A DNA stretch of 64,000 nucleotides from contig NC_043005.1 of NCBI RefSeq assembly GCF_006345805.1, positions 109,492,001 to 109,556,000 of the forward strand, written 5' to 3'. Positions 25,336-37,880 of the stretch are shown here, one piece after another. The position numbers and the translations under genes were made by a program. A model generated the notes under the pieces. The model was not told where the DNA came from and did no database searches. It saw nothing but the letters and a program-made list of their open reading frames with translations. Origin of the DNA: Octopus sinensis (Eukaryota). The first letter of the stretch is position 1, and each line of letters starts with the position of its first letter.

Positions 25336-26236
25336 CCTTCCTTCCTTCTTGTGACACTTGTGAAGACCTGTGAAGACCTGTTGAGGCAAGTGAAAATCAA
25401 ATCAATCAGATCAATCAATAGATGAACATCAATGGAATTTGTATCTTTGTGGTACCAGTGCCGGTGGCACACAAGAAAACCATCCGAACGTGGCCGTAGC
25501 CAGTACCACGTCGACTGGCCTCCGTGCTGTGGGCACGCAACAAACCCATCCGATCGTGGCCGTTCGCCAGCCTCATCTGGCACCTGTGTCGGTGGCACAT
25601 AAAAACACCATCCGAAGACCCAGCAGACTAGTCAGGCCATAACCCGTGCCCCTACCTGGGACGTAGTCAGTCCACCTGTGCATACCTTCCTTCTTGTGAC
25701 ACTTGTGAAGACCTGTTGAGGCAAGTGAAAATCAAATCAAATCAAAACAAATCAAAATAGATGAACATCAATGGAATTTGTATCTTTGTGGTACCAGTGC
25801 CGTGGCACACAAGAAAATCATCCGAACGTGGCCGTAGCCAGTACCGCATAGACTGGCCTCCGTGCTTTGGGGACGTAACAAAAACCATCCGATCGTGGCC
25901 GTCCGCCACCCATCTGGCACCTGTGTCGGTGGCACATAAAAACACCATCCGAGCGTGGCCGTCTGCCAGCCTCGTCTGGCACCTGTGTCGGTGGCACATA
26001 AAAACACCATCCGCGTGGCCGTTCGCCAGCCTCGTCTGGCACCTGTGTCGGTGGCACATAAAATCACCCACTACACTCTCGGAGTGGTTGGCGTTAGGAA
26101 GGGCATCCAGCTGTAGAACACTGCCAGATCTGACTGGCCTGGTGCAGCCTTCGGCTCCCCAGACCCCAGTTGAACCGTCCAACCCATGCTAGCATGGAAA
26201 CGGACGCTAAATGATGATGATGATGATGATGATGAT
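25336..26236 (+). mobile_element. RTE 3' UTR, partial tandem dimer with internal tandem repeats of about 60 bp and (GAT)n tail
   Basis: 25336-25615 is repeated from about 25683. Units TGGCACCTGTGTCGGTGGCACATAAAAACACCATCCG occur at 25915-26065. Confidence 0.8.
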
Positions 26237-26489
26237 ATATATACTTATATATATATATGTATGTATAATTAGTTGTCCTACATGAAACTATAACATGTCA
26301 TAATATTTTTCTGTGCAAAAGAGCATCAGCAGGTTGCAAGTCCTTGCTGAATGGCTTTTATTTCAGAGATTTCGTTTTCCTAGATCAAGGGTTGTGAACT
26401 ATTTTCTGTGAACCCCTTTGATCCCTATTTTATTCTGGTGAACCCTCATAGACTCTTGGTGCTTAAAAACAGACATACATATATATATT

Positions 26490-26713
26490 TCTTTACTACC
26501 CACAAGGGGCTAAACATAGAGGGGACAAACAAGGATAGACAAAGAGATTAAGTCGATTACATCGACCCCATGCGTAACTGTACTTAATTATCGACCCCGA
26601 AAGATGAAAGGCAAAGTCGACCTCGGTGGAATTTGAACCCAGAACACTTAACGGCAGACGAAATACGGCTACGCATTTCGCCCGACGTGCTAACGTTTCT
26701 GCCAGCTCGCCGC
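26490..26713 (-). mobile_element. SINE family B
   Basis: Reverse complement of 27250-27483. Confidence 0.85.
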
Positions 26714-27198
26714 CTAATATACATACATATATATATATGTATGTATTATATATATGTATGTGTATATATATATTTGCATGTATGTATGTAGGTTGGTGCT
26801 TTGTTAGTTTTGGGAATAAGGATTATATTGTTCAGTTAGCTGAATTAGTTACTCGGGGTATTCGCTTGTAAGTGGTTGAGCAATCCACAGACATGTGTAG
26901 CCATAACATAACTCTCAGGTAGAATCATCATATCACATTGTGTACCAAAGTTCGATCCTTGAATTACAAGTACAATCCATCTGAGAGTCTCGTACACTTT
27001 TATACATTTTCTATCTACTCAATTTGACTCACAAGATATGAGTCAACACACAGCTCTAAAAAATGTAATTCATCCAAGACATCACCCACTGGGATCAGTC
27101 GCAGGATCTGATGGTTAGGAAGTGGACACTGTCACCATTTGACCATACTATGCACACACACATATATTATATATTCATGTGTATATATATATATATTC

Positions 27199-27243
<45 letters not shown>

Positions 27244-27249
27244 TATATA

Positions 27250-27481
27250 TGAAGGCGGCGAGCTGGCAGAAACGTTAGCACGCCGGGCGAAATGCGTAGC
27301 CGTATTTCGTCTGCCGTTACATTCTGAGTTCAAATTCCGCCGAGGTCAACTTTGCCTTTCATCCTTTTGGGGTCGATTAAATAAGTACCAGTTTCGCACT
27401 GGGGTCGATATAATCGACTTAATCCGTGTGTCTGTCCTTGTTTGTCCCCTCTGTGTTTAGCCCCTTGTGGGTAGTAAAGAA

Positions 27482-27483
<2 letters not shown>
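27250..27483 (+). mobile_element. SINE family B, full-length
   Basis: GAAGGCGGCGAGCTGGCAGAAACGTTAGC head, GAGTTCAAATTCC B-box, tail CCCCTTGTGGGTAGTAAAGAAATA. Confidence 0.85.
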
Positions 27484-27510
<27 letters not shown>

Positions 27511-27513
<3 letters not shown>

Positions 27514-28052
27514 TATTCATATAAAATACAGTGTACATTTAAACACATCAAGAGGTATCCATCATAGGACTCCCTTACGCTAGAAGGAACAGCTAAAGTT
27601 CAAACCACTAATTAGGGATAAAATCTTGAAGGGAATGAAAGATAAAAACATTTACCGTTTATTTCCTGGACCATGGTTTCAGACGTTTTGTTTTTATTTT
27701 TCATTCCCTTCGATATTTTAGCCTTAATTAGTGGTTTGAACTTTAGCTGTTCCTTCTAGCATAAGGGAGTCCTATGATGGATACCTCTTAACCCTTTTGT
27801 TACTGTATTTATTTTGACATGCCGTGTGCTTCTTTCAATTACTTTAAATATAACAAAGAATTTAGTAAAATAACTTCATTACCATTAAGCTAGTGTTAAG
27901 GACATAAATTGTGACTAAGATTTGTTGGAAGATTTTAATTCAAAACTTATTAAAACGAGACATTTATACTAAAGAGCCAGAGCCAGTTTCAGCCGGGTTG
28001 GTAATGAAAGGGTTAATGTGTTTAAATGCACACTGTATTTTATATGAATAAT
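27511..28052. mobile_element. Fold-back MITE (host of nested insertion)
   Basis: 27511-27650 pairs with 27690-27790 plus 28017-28052. Confidence 0.75.
27792..28012. mobile_element. piggyBac-type MITE nested in the fold-back MITE
   Basis: TTAA at 27788-27791 and 28013-28016; termini CCCTTTTGTTAC and GTAATGAAAGGG. Confidence 0.8.
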
Positions 28053-28159
28053 ATATAGTCTTTTGACTAATTTTCTCTACGCTAGGCCAATGGTAGAAAA
28101 CATTTCTAAAATCTTTATTACTCTGATATTATTGATTACATATATATATATATTCTTTT

Positions 28160-28465
28160 TTTCTTTTCTTTTTACTTATTTCAGTCATTTGACTGTGGCC
28201 ATGATGGAGCACCGCCTTTAGTCGAGCAAATCGACCCCGGGACTTATTCTTTGTAAACCCAGTACTTATTCTATCGCTCTCTTTTGCCGAACCGCTAAGT
28301 GACGGGGACGTAAACACACCAGTATCAGTTGTCAAGCAATGCTAGAAGGACAAACACAGACACACAAACATATACACACACATACATATATATATATACG
28401 ACAGGCTTCTTTCAGTTTCCGTCTACCAAATCCACTCACAAGGCTTTGGTTGGCCCGAGGCTATA
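28160..28465 (-). mobile_element. SINE family A, 5'-truncated
   Basis: Body and tail match other copies. Confidence 0.8.
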
Positions 28466-29074
28466 GGTTGTTTAAAATTAAAATTTAGATAGGAAGTTTT
28501 AAAATGTAGTATCCAGTCTTTGTTTTGGGTATGTCCCTTGTAGTGTGCCACAAACAGTAGTGAAATGAACATATAATAACACTGCACTGTATTATGTAAC
28601 CTGATGAAGTTTCTTCTGCTCTGTGAGGTGCATTCGATTCCGTTATATCATTCCTCAGCCACTAGGTGCAGATGTAAGCCGAAACAAGCATCATGCTAAA
28701 CAAAGTTTATAGTACAGCCTGTCTTCTCTATCAAATATTTAAAATAGACACACACACACACATATGCAAACATGAACACGCACATACGTATGCATGCACA
28801 TGAAGGTGTTAACTTTATTTTTTATTTGCTGACATACACAGGTCATTCAAATTACACGTGTTCATTGAATAAATTTTCCTCTATAAAAACAAAGGTGTGC
28901 ACTCGCCCTGATTTCCCTCACAATTAATGCATTTGCACCATAACTGGACATAAATGTTGAATATTCTTTTAAAACTATTCAGGTGTTTACTTGTAGTCAC
29001 TTCTTCAAAATAACTTTCACCTTATCCATGTCGGCAAATCATTCTTACCTGGATTCTGTTCCTCATTAGACTGG

Positions 29075-29716
29075 GACTTTTGGAAATATGCTGTGCTTGA
29101 GAAGACCCAGCAAGCCAAGTACGACCATAGCCCATAGCCTATGCCAAGGGTGTAACCAGCCCACTTATGCATACCTTTCCTTCATTGGACTCTAAACTCT
29201 GCTTGCAAAGACCTGTTGAGGCAAGTAAAATTGAAATTGAAATCAAATTTGATTACGGGCATCCATGCTAGTGGAGCGCTAAGAGAACCCTCCAAGCATG
29301 ATTATTGCCAGAGTAACAAACTGGCTTCCGTGCCGATGGCAGGTAAAAGACACCGTTCGAACGTGATTGTTACCAGCGTTGCCTTGCTGGCACTTGTGCT
29401 GATGGCACACGAAAAAACATTCTAGTCAGGTCGTTGCCAGTGCCGCTGGACTGGCTCCTGTGCAGGTGGCACATAAAAAGCACCATTTGAGCATGGCTGT
29501 TACCAGTACCGCTTGACTGGCCCTCGTGCTGTTGGCACATAAAAGCACCCACTACACTCTAGGAGTGGTTGGCATTAAGAAGGGCATCCAGCTGTAGAAA
29601 CTCTGCCAGATCTGATTCAAGCTTGGTGCAGCCATTTGGTTCACCAGTTTTCAGTCAAATCGTCAAACCCATGCTAGCACGGAAAGTGGACGCCAAACAA
29701 TGATGATGATGATGAT
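29075..29716 (+). mobile_element. RTE 3' end with complete 3' UTR
   Basis: TGGAAATATGCTGTGCTTGAGAAGACCC ORF end through the (GAT)n tail. Confidence 0.8.
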
Positions 29717-30393
29717 TGGACCAAACAGGTGGAATTTGGAAAGAACCATATCTGGATTGCATAGTGGGTTGGGGACTAGTGACCAGCTTAATTTACCAAT
29801 TATCTGATTTGCTGCCGAAGATGTGTGTGATAACACATTGTCGTAATGAATGGAGATTATTTTCAGAGCCATGTTTGGTCTCTTCCTCCTAGCAGTTTCT
29901 TTAAGCTTTTTGAGTACATTTCACTGTTCAGAGTACAGCCACATTCTGGGAAATTATGCTTTTGTCATCACAAAAAGAGTTACCATGGCATTCTGTGCAG
30001 ATCGCTGGCTCTTGAACTTGTTGGGTCTTGGAGAAGAGGTGTGATGCCATTTCCTAGACTGAACCTTCTTTTCCAGATCATAATGCTACAACAATGTTTC
30101 ATCATCTGTCACCAGATTGAAAAATACAACAAAAACCAAAACATATCTTCTTTGACTTCAAAAATTTCCAGCAGATCAAAGCAGACTTTCACCCATTTCT
30201 CTTTCAAATCATATATACATACATGCATATATACAAACATACATACAAATACATATTCATGTATATACTTATACATGCATATATAAATACACACACAAAC
30301 ACACACATATACATATATATGTATATATATATACGTATGTATGTGTATATATATATATATATATACACACATATATACATATATATATGTATG

Positions 30394-30437
<44 letters not shown>

Positions 30438-30617
30438 TACATATATATATGTATGTATGTGTATATATAATATATATATATATATATACACATATATACA
30501 TATATATATGGATATATACATAATATATATATATATATATATATATGGATATATACATATATATATATATATATATACACACACATATATATATATATAT
30601 CATACAGATATATACTT

Positions 30618-30660
<43 letters not shown>

Positions 30661-31250
30661 CATATACATATTCATGTATATACTTACACATGCATATATG
30701 TATATAAAAGTATGCAAAAAATGAATACACACACTCGTATATATATATATACACATTTATATACCTATATGTGCCTCTGTGTGAATATGTACGCATTCGT
30801 AAATATAAAAATGCTGCCACACACAAATATAAACAAACACCAACACATCATACAAACATCCACATCAACAAACCAGCATATCCATGTAAGGCAGTCTGCC
30901 CCTAGACTACCATACAATTTATTATTATAACATTCTACTCGATATTCAACTTCCCTCTTATAATTCCAAGACCAGAACTCCAAAAGATTTTCCAAGGAAA
31001 TGGTTTCTAAAGATTTTAACAATTCTTTTATTCTTTATTGATCAAACAATAGATTTCTCTTTCTCTTTCTCTCTCTCCACCCCCCTCTCGTTTTCTCTCT
31101 TACTCTCCAACTCATTCATACACTCACTCGCTCTTATATTCACCCACGTGTCATTCATTCCATACTTTCTTCTTCTTCTTCTTCCTACTATTCTCTTTCT
31201 TTCTGCCTCACCTATTTTTCTGTGTGTGTGTGGGGGGGGGGGTAGTGTGC

Positions 31251-31290
<40 letters not shown>

Positions 31291-31427
31291 ATGTATATAT
31301 GTGTATATATATTTGTATATATGTATCTGTGTATGTATATATATTTATATATATGTTTGTGTATGTGTGTGTATATATATATATATATATAGATAGATAG
31401 AGAGAGAGATAGATAAATATGTATATA

Positions 31428-31637
31428 TGAGGGGGAGCTGGAAAGTTCCTGGCTTTTGAGAGTACCATGAAAGGCCTGGTTGGAAGCCCTACCTTCTAAT
31501 TTCTGTTACCAGGCTCAGAAAAACTGAAGGACCACTGCAGTAAGTGTGTGAATGTGAAAGGGGAATATGTTGAATAAAATCATAATTAACTGATCCTCCT
31601 GTATTTTCTTATACCTAAAGCCAGGAACTTTCTAGAC
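31428..31637 (+). mobile_element. Internally deleted mariner-type element
   Basis: TA then TGAGGGGGAGCTGGAAAGTTCCTGGCTT, inverse AAGCCAGGAACTTTCTAG, and transposase end GGGGAATATGTTGAATAA (GEYVE*). Confidence 0.65.
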
Positions 31638-31784
31638 ATGTAATTTATTTCTAATTAAGAATGAATATATGAATTATTTGCATGTTTTTGTGTTACAAAA
31701 CAATTTGTCAAAATATCGAGAATTGTTTTCATTTTTCTATTACTTGTTTCTATTATTTGAGTTTTTAGTATTCTTTTATTTTTA

Positions 31785-32223
31785 TTCTTTTACTTGTTTC
31801 AAGTCATTTGACTGTGGCCATAGAGGAGCACCACCTTTAGTCAAACAAATTGCCCCCAGGTCTTATTCTTTGAAAGCCTCATACTCATTCTATCGGTCTT
31901 TTTTGCTGGACCAAGTTACTGGGATGTAAACACACTGACATTGGTTGTCAAGTAATGATGACGGGACAAACAAAGACACACAGACATATATATATATATA
32001 TATATATAAAGTTAATCCAAACATGAAAACACAAAGAGAAAACACAACAATGCGAGGACGTGGAACAAATATAGTATTATTGGACGCTCAGGAAAGAAGG
32101 AAAGAAAGAGGACTTAACATTTCGAGCGGAGCTCTTCGTTGGAAACATAGAAGGGAAGATCCAGAGAAGGGAAGACAGAGGAAAAAAAATCACCAATGGT
32201 ACACACACCGGTCACATTTTATA

Positions 32224-32256
<33 letters not shown>

Positions 32257-32410
32257 CAACAGTTTCCATGTACTAAAATCCACTTACAAGGCTTTGGTTA
32301 GTCCGAAGCTACAGCAGAAGACACTTGCCCAAGGTGTCATGCAGTGTGACTGAACCTGGAACCACATGATTGGGAAGCAAGCTTCTTACCAGAGAGCCAC
32401 TCCTGCACCT
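31785..32410 (-). mobile_element. SINE family A interrupted in its TA linker by a Penelope-like insertion
   Basis: Tail half at 31785-32000, head half at 32255-32410. Confidence 0.75.
32008..32222 (-). mobile_element. Penelope-like short element with decayed hammerhead
   Basis: Minus strand CCAACGA A GAGC TCC GCTC GAAA TGT at 32112-32148; flanked by (TA)n. Confidence 0.55.
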
Positions 32411-32469
32411 TTTTTTCTTTTTCCTTTTTCTTTTGTTTTTAAGGGGCGCTACTTATTCTATCGTAGTAC

Positions 32470-32830
32470 CCTGTCATGGTGATTTTTATATTCCTTTGGT
32501 GTCAGAATAGGATATCCCGAGATGAGATGGTCTATTGTTTCGTCAAATGTGTCACATTTAGGGTCAGAACTGTTTTGAAGAATGTTAGATTGGTAGTTTT
32601 TTTGTGAGTAAGCTTTGATCTTGTGCTGTCATTATGAATTCTTCAGTCTCTGCTTTCAGTCCTGGACTTCTCAGCCGCTGATGGGTCATTGCCTGATCTA
32701 CAACAGCATTTCGACTTCAAAGTATATTCTTTCCATGCAGAGGCTTCTGGCTCCGCCGCTCCTCAATTTGTTTCTGCCCATTTCTTTTTTGCAGTCTGCT
32801 TAATACATTTTGCTTGTTTTGTGGCAGTGG
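32470..32830 (-). mobile_element. R4/Dong-clade (restriction-like endonuclease) LINE fragment
   Basis: KPLHGK...THQRLRSPGLKAETEEFIMTAQDQSL, then a frameshifted SDPKCD...ETIDHLISG..IL.PKEYK.HHDRV zinc-knuckle region. Confidence 0.75.
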
Positions 32831-32852
32831 TTTCAGGTTCTCCACATATTTC

Positions 32853-32860
32853 TATTATTA

Positions 32861-32894
<34 letters not shown>

Positions 32895-32993
32895 CATCAT
32901 CATCATCATCATCATCATCATTATTATTATTATTATTAATATTATTAATATTATTATTATTATTAATATTATTAATATTATTATTATTATTAA

Positions 32994-33027
<34 letters not shown>

Positions 33028-33028
33028 G
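32853..33028. repeat. (ATT)n/(ATC)n microsatellite
   Basis: Direct reading. Confidence 0.95.
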
Positions 33029-33820
33029 AGTGAGAGGGCAGCGCATGCCATCAAAGTGACACTGGGGTAAAATATATAAAGCCCAATAGACCCATCATGC
33101 TTACCCATCTGATAAGGGTACACCAGGCTCGTGCATCACAACCATATGTGCGCGACATGGTGATCTCATAGCAAGATAAAAAGCACATGACTTTGCAGGT
33201 GGGGCCCAGTTAGAATTTTCTTCAGGTTGAGTAGCTCATCCCACTTAAAAGGTCCCTGAATAAGGTTTGTTTTAAGGATGAACAAAACACCCATGTATCC
33301 AGGGGTAAATTATTCAAATCTCAAAGAATTCCTCTCAACACACGGCTTTGATGCTCCCCCACTACTTCTGCTCATGATGAGAGATGCACATATTGTCAGC
33401 CACTAAGGAACATGCTTAACTAGTTAAGGTCAAACAACTGACAAGCAAATATCTATAGTACGGAGCAGAATAATTACTGTAGCCCATCATTTACACCAAG
33501 ACAAAACAATGTGTGTGATAACACTTCCAATCAGTTAAGATCAGAAGCCATGAGAGCCACTGCCTTATCATTATCAAGGTAGTGAGCTGGCACAATCATT
33601 AGTATGCTAGACAAAACGCTTAGTAGAATTCCATCTATTTTTTTGTTCTGTGTTCAAATTCTACCTAGGTTGGCTTTGCTTTTCTTCCTTTCAGGATTGA
33701 GGAAATAAATACCAGTTGAGCACTGGGGTCAATGTAATTGGCTATCCCACCTTCTACAAAATTGCTGGTCTTGTATCTATAGTATAAAGAATTATTATTA
33801 TTATTATTATTATTATTATC

Positions 33821-34189
33821 TCTATATATATAAAGCTGAAGTTGTCTGTGTATGGCAGGTTTGGTAGCCTTCAACTAACACTATCTCCTCCGAGACCCTG
33901 CGGCGCATGTTGACCAAAATTGAGAGTATGATAGAAGAAAGCTTGCTCTTCCTTCCGTAGAAGAAAAAATTCAAATCGGACCATGTTAACATCAAAAACT
34001 ATTTACATCAAAAAGGTGCTTTTTTTCTATGAAAATCCTTATTTTTTACGATTTTTTTACTGCCGTGTCGCCATTTTTCGGTGTATTTCAACCAGAAAAA
34101 TGAGAATAACAAGCTACATAAGGCAAAATTTTTAGTTTTCAAAAATTCCAATACTAAAGGGTCGAAACAAACCCGAGCATATTGCTAGT
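33821..34189 (-). mobile_element. HINE-like family 1 copy with a deletion in the terminal stem-loop
   Basis: Reverse complement of 11271-11665; part of CCCGGCGTTGC is missing. Confidence 0.65.
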
Positions 34190-34954
34190 TATTGATATAA
34201 TCATCATCATCTATATATTAGTACAATAGTACATTCTTACCTACCTACTTTTGTGTAATGCTGTGGGAAGTAAGGAAACAGAATAAGAAATAAATAAATA
34301 ATTATGGTAGCAGTGATGATGCTGGAGGAGGTATTGTCAGAGGGATATTAGTGTTATTAATGATAAATGGCAAAAGTACAGAGAGAAAGTGAAAGTGAAA
34401 ATAGGAGAGAAAATAGAAAGGCGAAGGCAGAGAATATTAAGCAAAGTTTGTAATGTCCTTGCATCTCATTTTCTCATTCTTTTCTGTCCTTGCCATCTCT
34501 CCCTCTCTCTCTCTCTACCTTTCCCTCCCTCTTCCTTTATCTCTCTCCCTCTCTCTCATTCACTCACTCTCTCTCTCTCTCATTTGTTTGAAGTGTTTTT
34601 TGACTTATATCTTTAGTATATAAAATAATTATTTCCCAACAAGAATGAAAAACTGCTAAGATCTATATATGTGTAGGTCTATATATTTATGCATGTCAAT
34701 ATGCATATATGTATGTGTGTCTACGTGTGTGTGTATTGTGTGTGTATGCATCAATTTAAATACTTATGTAAAAGCTTATTCGGAATATAGCCTAGTTGTA
34801 TACTTCATAAGGTAACCATTTTAATATAATATGAATAAATAAAATATGGTATTTATTTAAACTTATACTGCTTGTTGGATCATGGCCATGCTGGGGCACT
34901 ACCATCAAGAGTTTAGTCAAGTTTATTGACCTTAGTTATTACTTTTAATATTGG

Positions 34955-35278
34955 TACATGCCAGTGGCACGTAAAAAGCACCATCTGAGCATGGCCGATG
35001 CCAGCGCCACCTTGACTAGCTTCCATGCCGGTGGCACGTAAAAAGCACCAACTGATCGTGGCTGCCGCCAGCCTCCTCTGGCACCTGTGCCAGTGGCACG
35101 TAAAAAGTACCCACTACACTCACGGAGTGGTTGGCATTAGGAAGGGCATCCAGCAGTAGAAACACTGCCAGATCAGACTGGAGCCTGGTGCAGCTTCCTG
35201 GCTTCCCAGAACCCTGTCGAACCGTCCAACCCATGCTAGCATGGAAAACAGACGTTAAAAGATGATGATGATGATGTA
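34955..35278 (+). mobile_element. RTE 3' UTR with (GAT)n tail
   Basis: Same UTR motifs as other copies. Confidence 0.8.
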
Positions 35279-35654
35279 CCTCTTTTATCAATGTGAATTT
35301 TCAAACTACTGTATTTCAGTACATTAACTACATCACCAGTTTTAAAATAGTTTAATCGTAAAAAAAAACATGCTCATACATACAGAAGCACACTCACACA
35401 TAGGTGCAGATTTATATATATATGTATATATAATCAAAATAAGCAACAGGATATCAAGTAGTGATGCAGTACAAGCAGCTCCATTTAATTGAAAAATGCA
35501 ATCAATTCAAATGCAGTGCCATCATCAGCTGCACAAGTATATATATACATACATACATATATATATATATAATATATATATATATATATAATATATTGTG
35601 TTGGTGAATAAATGAAAAGAATGGAGTCGAACGAAGATTGTAACAAAATTCCTT

Positions 35655-35741
35655 TACTTTCGACATATATTTCGAAGACTGCACACTCTTAATTCTGAAG
35701 GCATAAAGGTTGCTTTATGCCGTCTTCTCATCAGGAAATAC
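35655..35741 (-). ncRNA. Hammerhead ribozyme with branched stem II
   Basis: GTATTTC CTGATGA GAAGAC [GGCATAAAG CAAC CTTTATGCC + 20 nt] GTCTTC GAAA TATAT GTC GAAAGTA. Confidence 0.65.
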
Positions 35742-36406
35742 AAGAAACCTCTATCAGCCTCAAGACTATTGCTATTCTTACATATATATATATATATTAT
35801 CCAAAAAGTATACTATTAAATATCCATCATAGCTGATCTTACCAATCAGTTTCACATAAAGAATACAATGGAGTGTTAGGTAGCAGCCCAGTTATATAAC
35901 TTTATGCTCATCAGAGTTTGCCAATGTGGTAGGAAATATGCTGACTGCTCTCTATTGTCGGAGGTGGATTAGCACAACTGGCCAGCAGCTGCTACAGGTA
36001 TGAAACACTTACATTCAGGACTCTGAGTTTCTGGGCAAACAATTCAATGAACGTTACACTTCATCAGCATTTGTAAGTTTAATGCATGCTTACAGCATCC
36101 TTAACACAAGAGTAAACACCATCCATGAAAAAACCTTTGCCACTGAATTAATGATTGTTGAAGAGGAACAACTCTTCTAATTTTGTTAGTAAGATCTTGA
36201 CTTAAAACCTTGCTAAGCATGTGTGTGGTTACAATTAAAATAAGATATATAATAGGACTGAAGAAAAACATATTACTAAATAGACTTCAAGATCTTTTAT
36301 GTATTAAGAAGCCTGCTTCCCTACCACATGGTTTCTGGTTCAATCCCATTGTGTGGCACTTTAAGACAAATGTGGATTTGATAGCAGAAACTCAAAGAAG
36401 CTCATC

Positions 36407-36438
<32 letters not shown>

Positions 36439-37254
36439 AATGTGTGCGTCTGTGTATGTCTTTGTGTCTCTGTTTGTTTCCTCCATCACAGCTTGACAAC
36501 TAGTGCTGGTGCATTTACGTCCTTGTAACTTACCAGTTCAGTGAAAGAGACCAGTAGAATATGAACTAGGCTTTAAAAAAAATTAAAGCAAGTCCTGGAG
36601 TCAATTTGTTTGGCTAAAACCTTTCAAGGTGCTACTCCAGCAGGGCCACAGTCAAATGACTGAAACAAGTAGAAGACAAAAAATATCAATAGATACTAAA
36701 AAATAGATTATCAATATTAAAAATAAAGATCAAAGTTTACAACTGAAAATAAATTATTGAAAATTAATATGAAGATATTGAAGTAAAGATTTGAAAAATT
36801 AAAAATTAAATTTTGAAATTTTTTTAAATATCGAAAATATAAATCTTTGATTTAAAATTTTTAACCTAATTTTTTATCCTTTTTTTATTTTCAATTTTTA
36901 TTTTTGATCTTTGATTTTTAAACTTCTAGGTTTTCTGAAGAAAATTTTGAATTTTTTAAATTTTGATTTTTAATTAAAAATTCCAATCAAATTACAGTTT
37001 TCAAAATAATCATAGAATGTCATAGAAGTTTTTATTAGAGTAGAGATGATGAGCTGGCAAAATTATTAGCACATTGAGCAAAATGCTTAGCAGCATTTCT
37101 TTTGTCTCTTCATGTTCTGAGTTCAAATCCTGCTGCAGTCAACTTTGTCTTTCATTCTTTTGGGATCAATAAAAGAAGGTATCAGTTAAGTATTGGAATT
37201 GATGTAATCAACTTTGCCTCTCCCTCTAAAATTGCTGTCCTTGTGAGAAAAACT

Positions 37255-37880
37255 ATGCCTAGAAGGAAAGTGTCAAATTCGTCTACAATGTCAGGTTCAA
37301 CCAAAAGAATGTCCAGGGAAAGAGAGACAGCTGCAGAAAGGGAAGCATACCAAGAAACGAACAGACTGTGCACTACAAAAGCCAGAACATCTCAAAGTGA
37401 TGAACAGAGATATGCACGACTGACAAGGAATAGGATCTCCACTGCAGAATGAAGAGCAGCTGTGACAGCTCAGAAACGAAACTTCTATGAAGCAGCTTTC
37501 AATTATGATCCAGCAGTTCATTATGCAGATGACACTAGAGTTTCCATTGGTGCAATGACAACTGAGTGCATACATTGTAAAGCAAAGAAATGGTCTGGAG
37601 AGACACCTGCATTGTGGTGCAGTTGGTGGAGAGGTTAAACTCCCTGCAATCCACCTACCTCCAGAGCCATTGAAGAATTTGTTGTCATCAACTGACATAG
37701 TCTCCAGGCAGTTCCAAAAAAAACAAATTAGACAATACAATGCTGCACTAAAGATGACATCATTTGGATCCACAAGAGATTTAACTGAGCCAAGATTCAA
37801 GCAAAACTTCAAGATCCAAGGTCAGATTTATCATCGGATTGGCTCTCTACTATCTGAGTCAAATGAATCACCAAAATCGG
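37255..37880 (+). mobile_element. Helitron Rep/helicase N-terminal fragment (degenerate)
   Basis: GAMTTECIHCKAKKWSGETP...VKLPAIHLPPEPLKNLL...IRQYNAALKMTSFG...FKIQGQIYHRIGSLL, a typical Helitron N-terminal motif series. One stop and one frameshift. Confidence 0.85.

Noticed and set aside
25905-26065. Regularly spaced repeats resembling a CRISPR array
   Set aside because: Whole units are tandemly duplicated without unique spacers, in a eukaryotic LINE UTR context with no cas genes.
25761-26192. Repetitive ORFs such as WHLCRWHIKTPS
   Set aside because: They derive from tandem units of the RTE 3' UTR, downstream of the RTE stop codon.
35890-35920. CTGATGAG on the minus strand, and other isolated CTGANGA hits (1762, 9838, 11073, 24063, 52261, 53111)
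   Set aside because: No downstream GAAA with compatible stems.
35915-35997. Possible + strand exon (FANVVGNMLTALYCRRWISTTGQQLLQ)
   Set aside because: Weak polypyrimidine tract, no homology recognised and no linked exons. Similar weak candidates at 2248-2279, 19482-19604 and 25089-25118 were also dropped.
36718-36925. AT-rich imperfect fold-back
   Set aside because: Extreme low complexity makes chance pairing likely.
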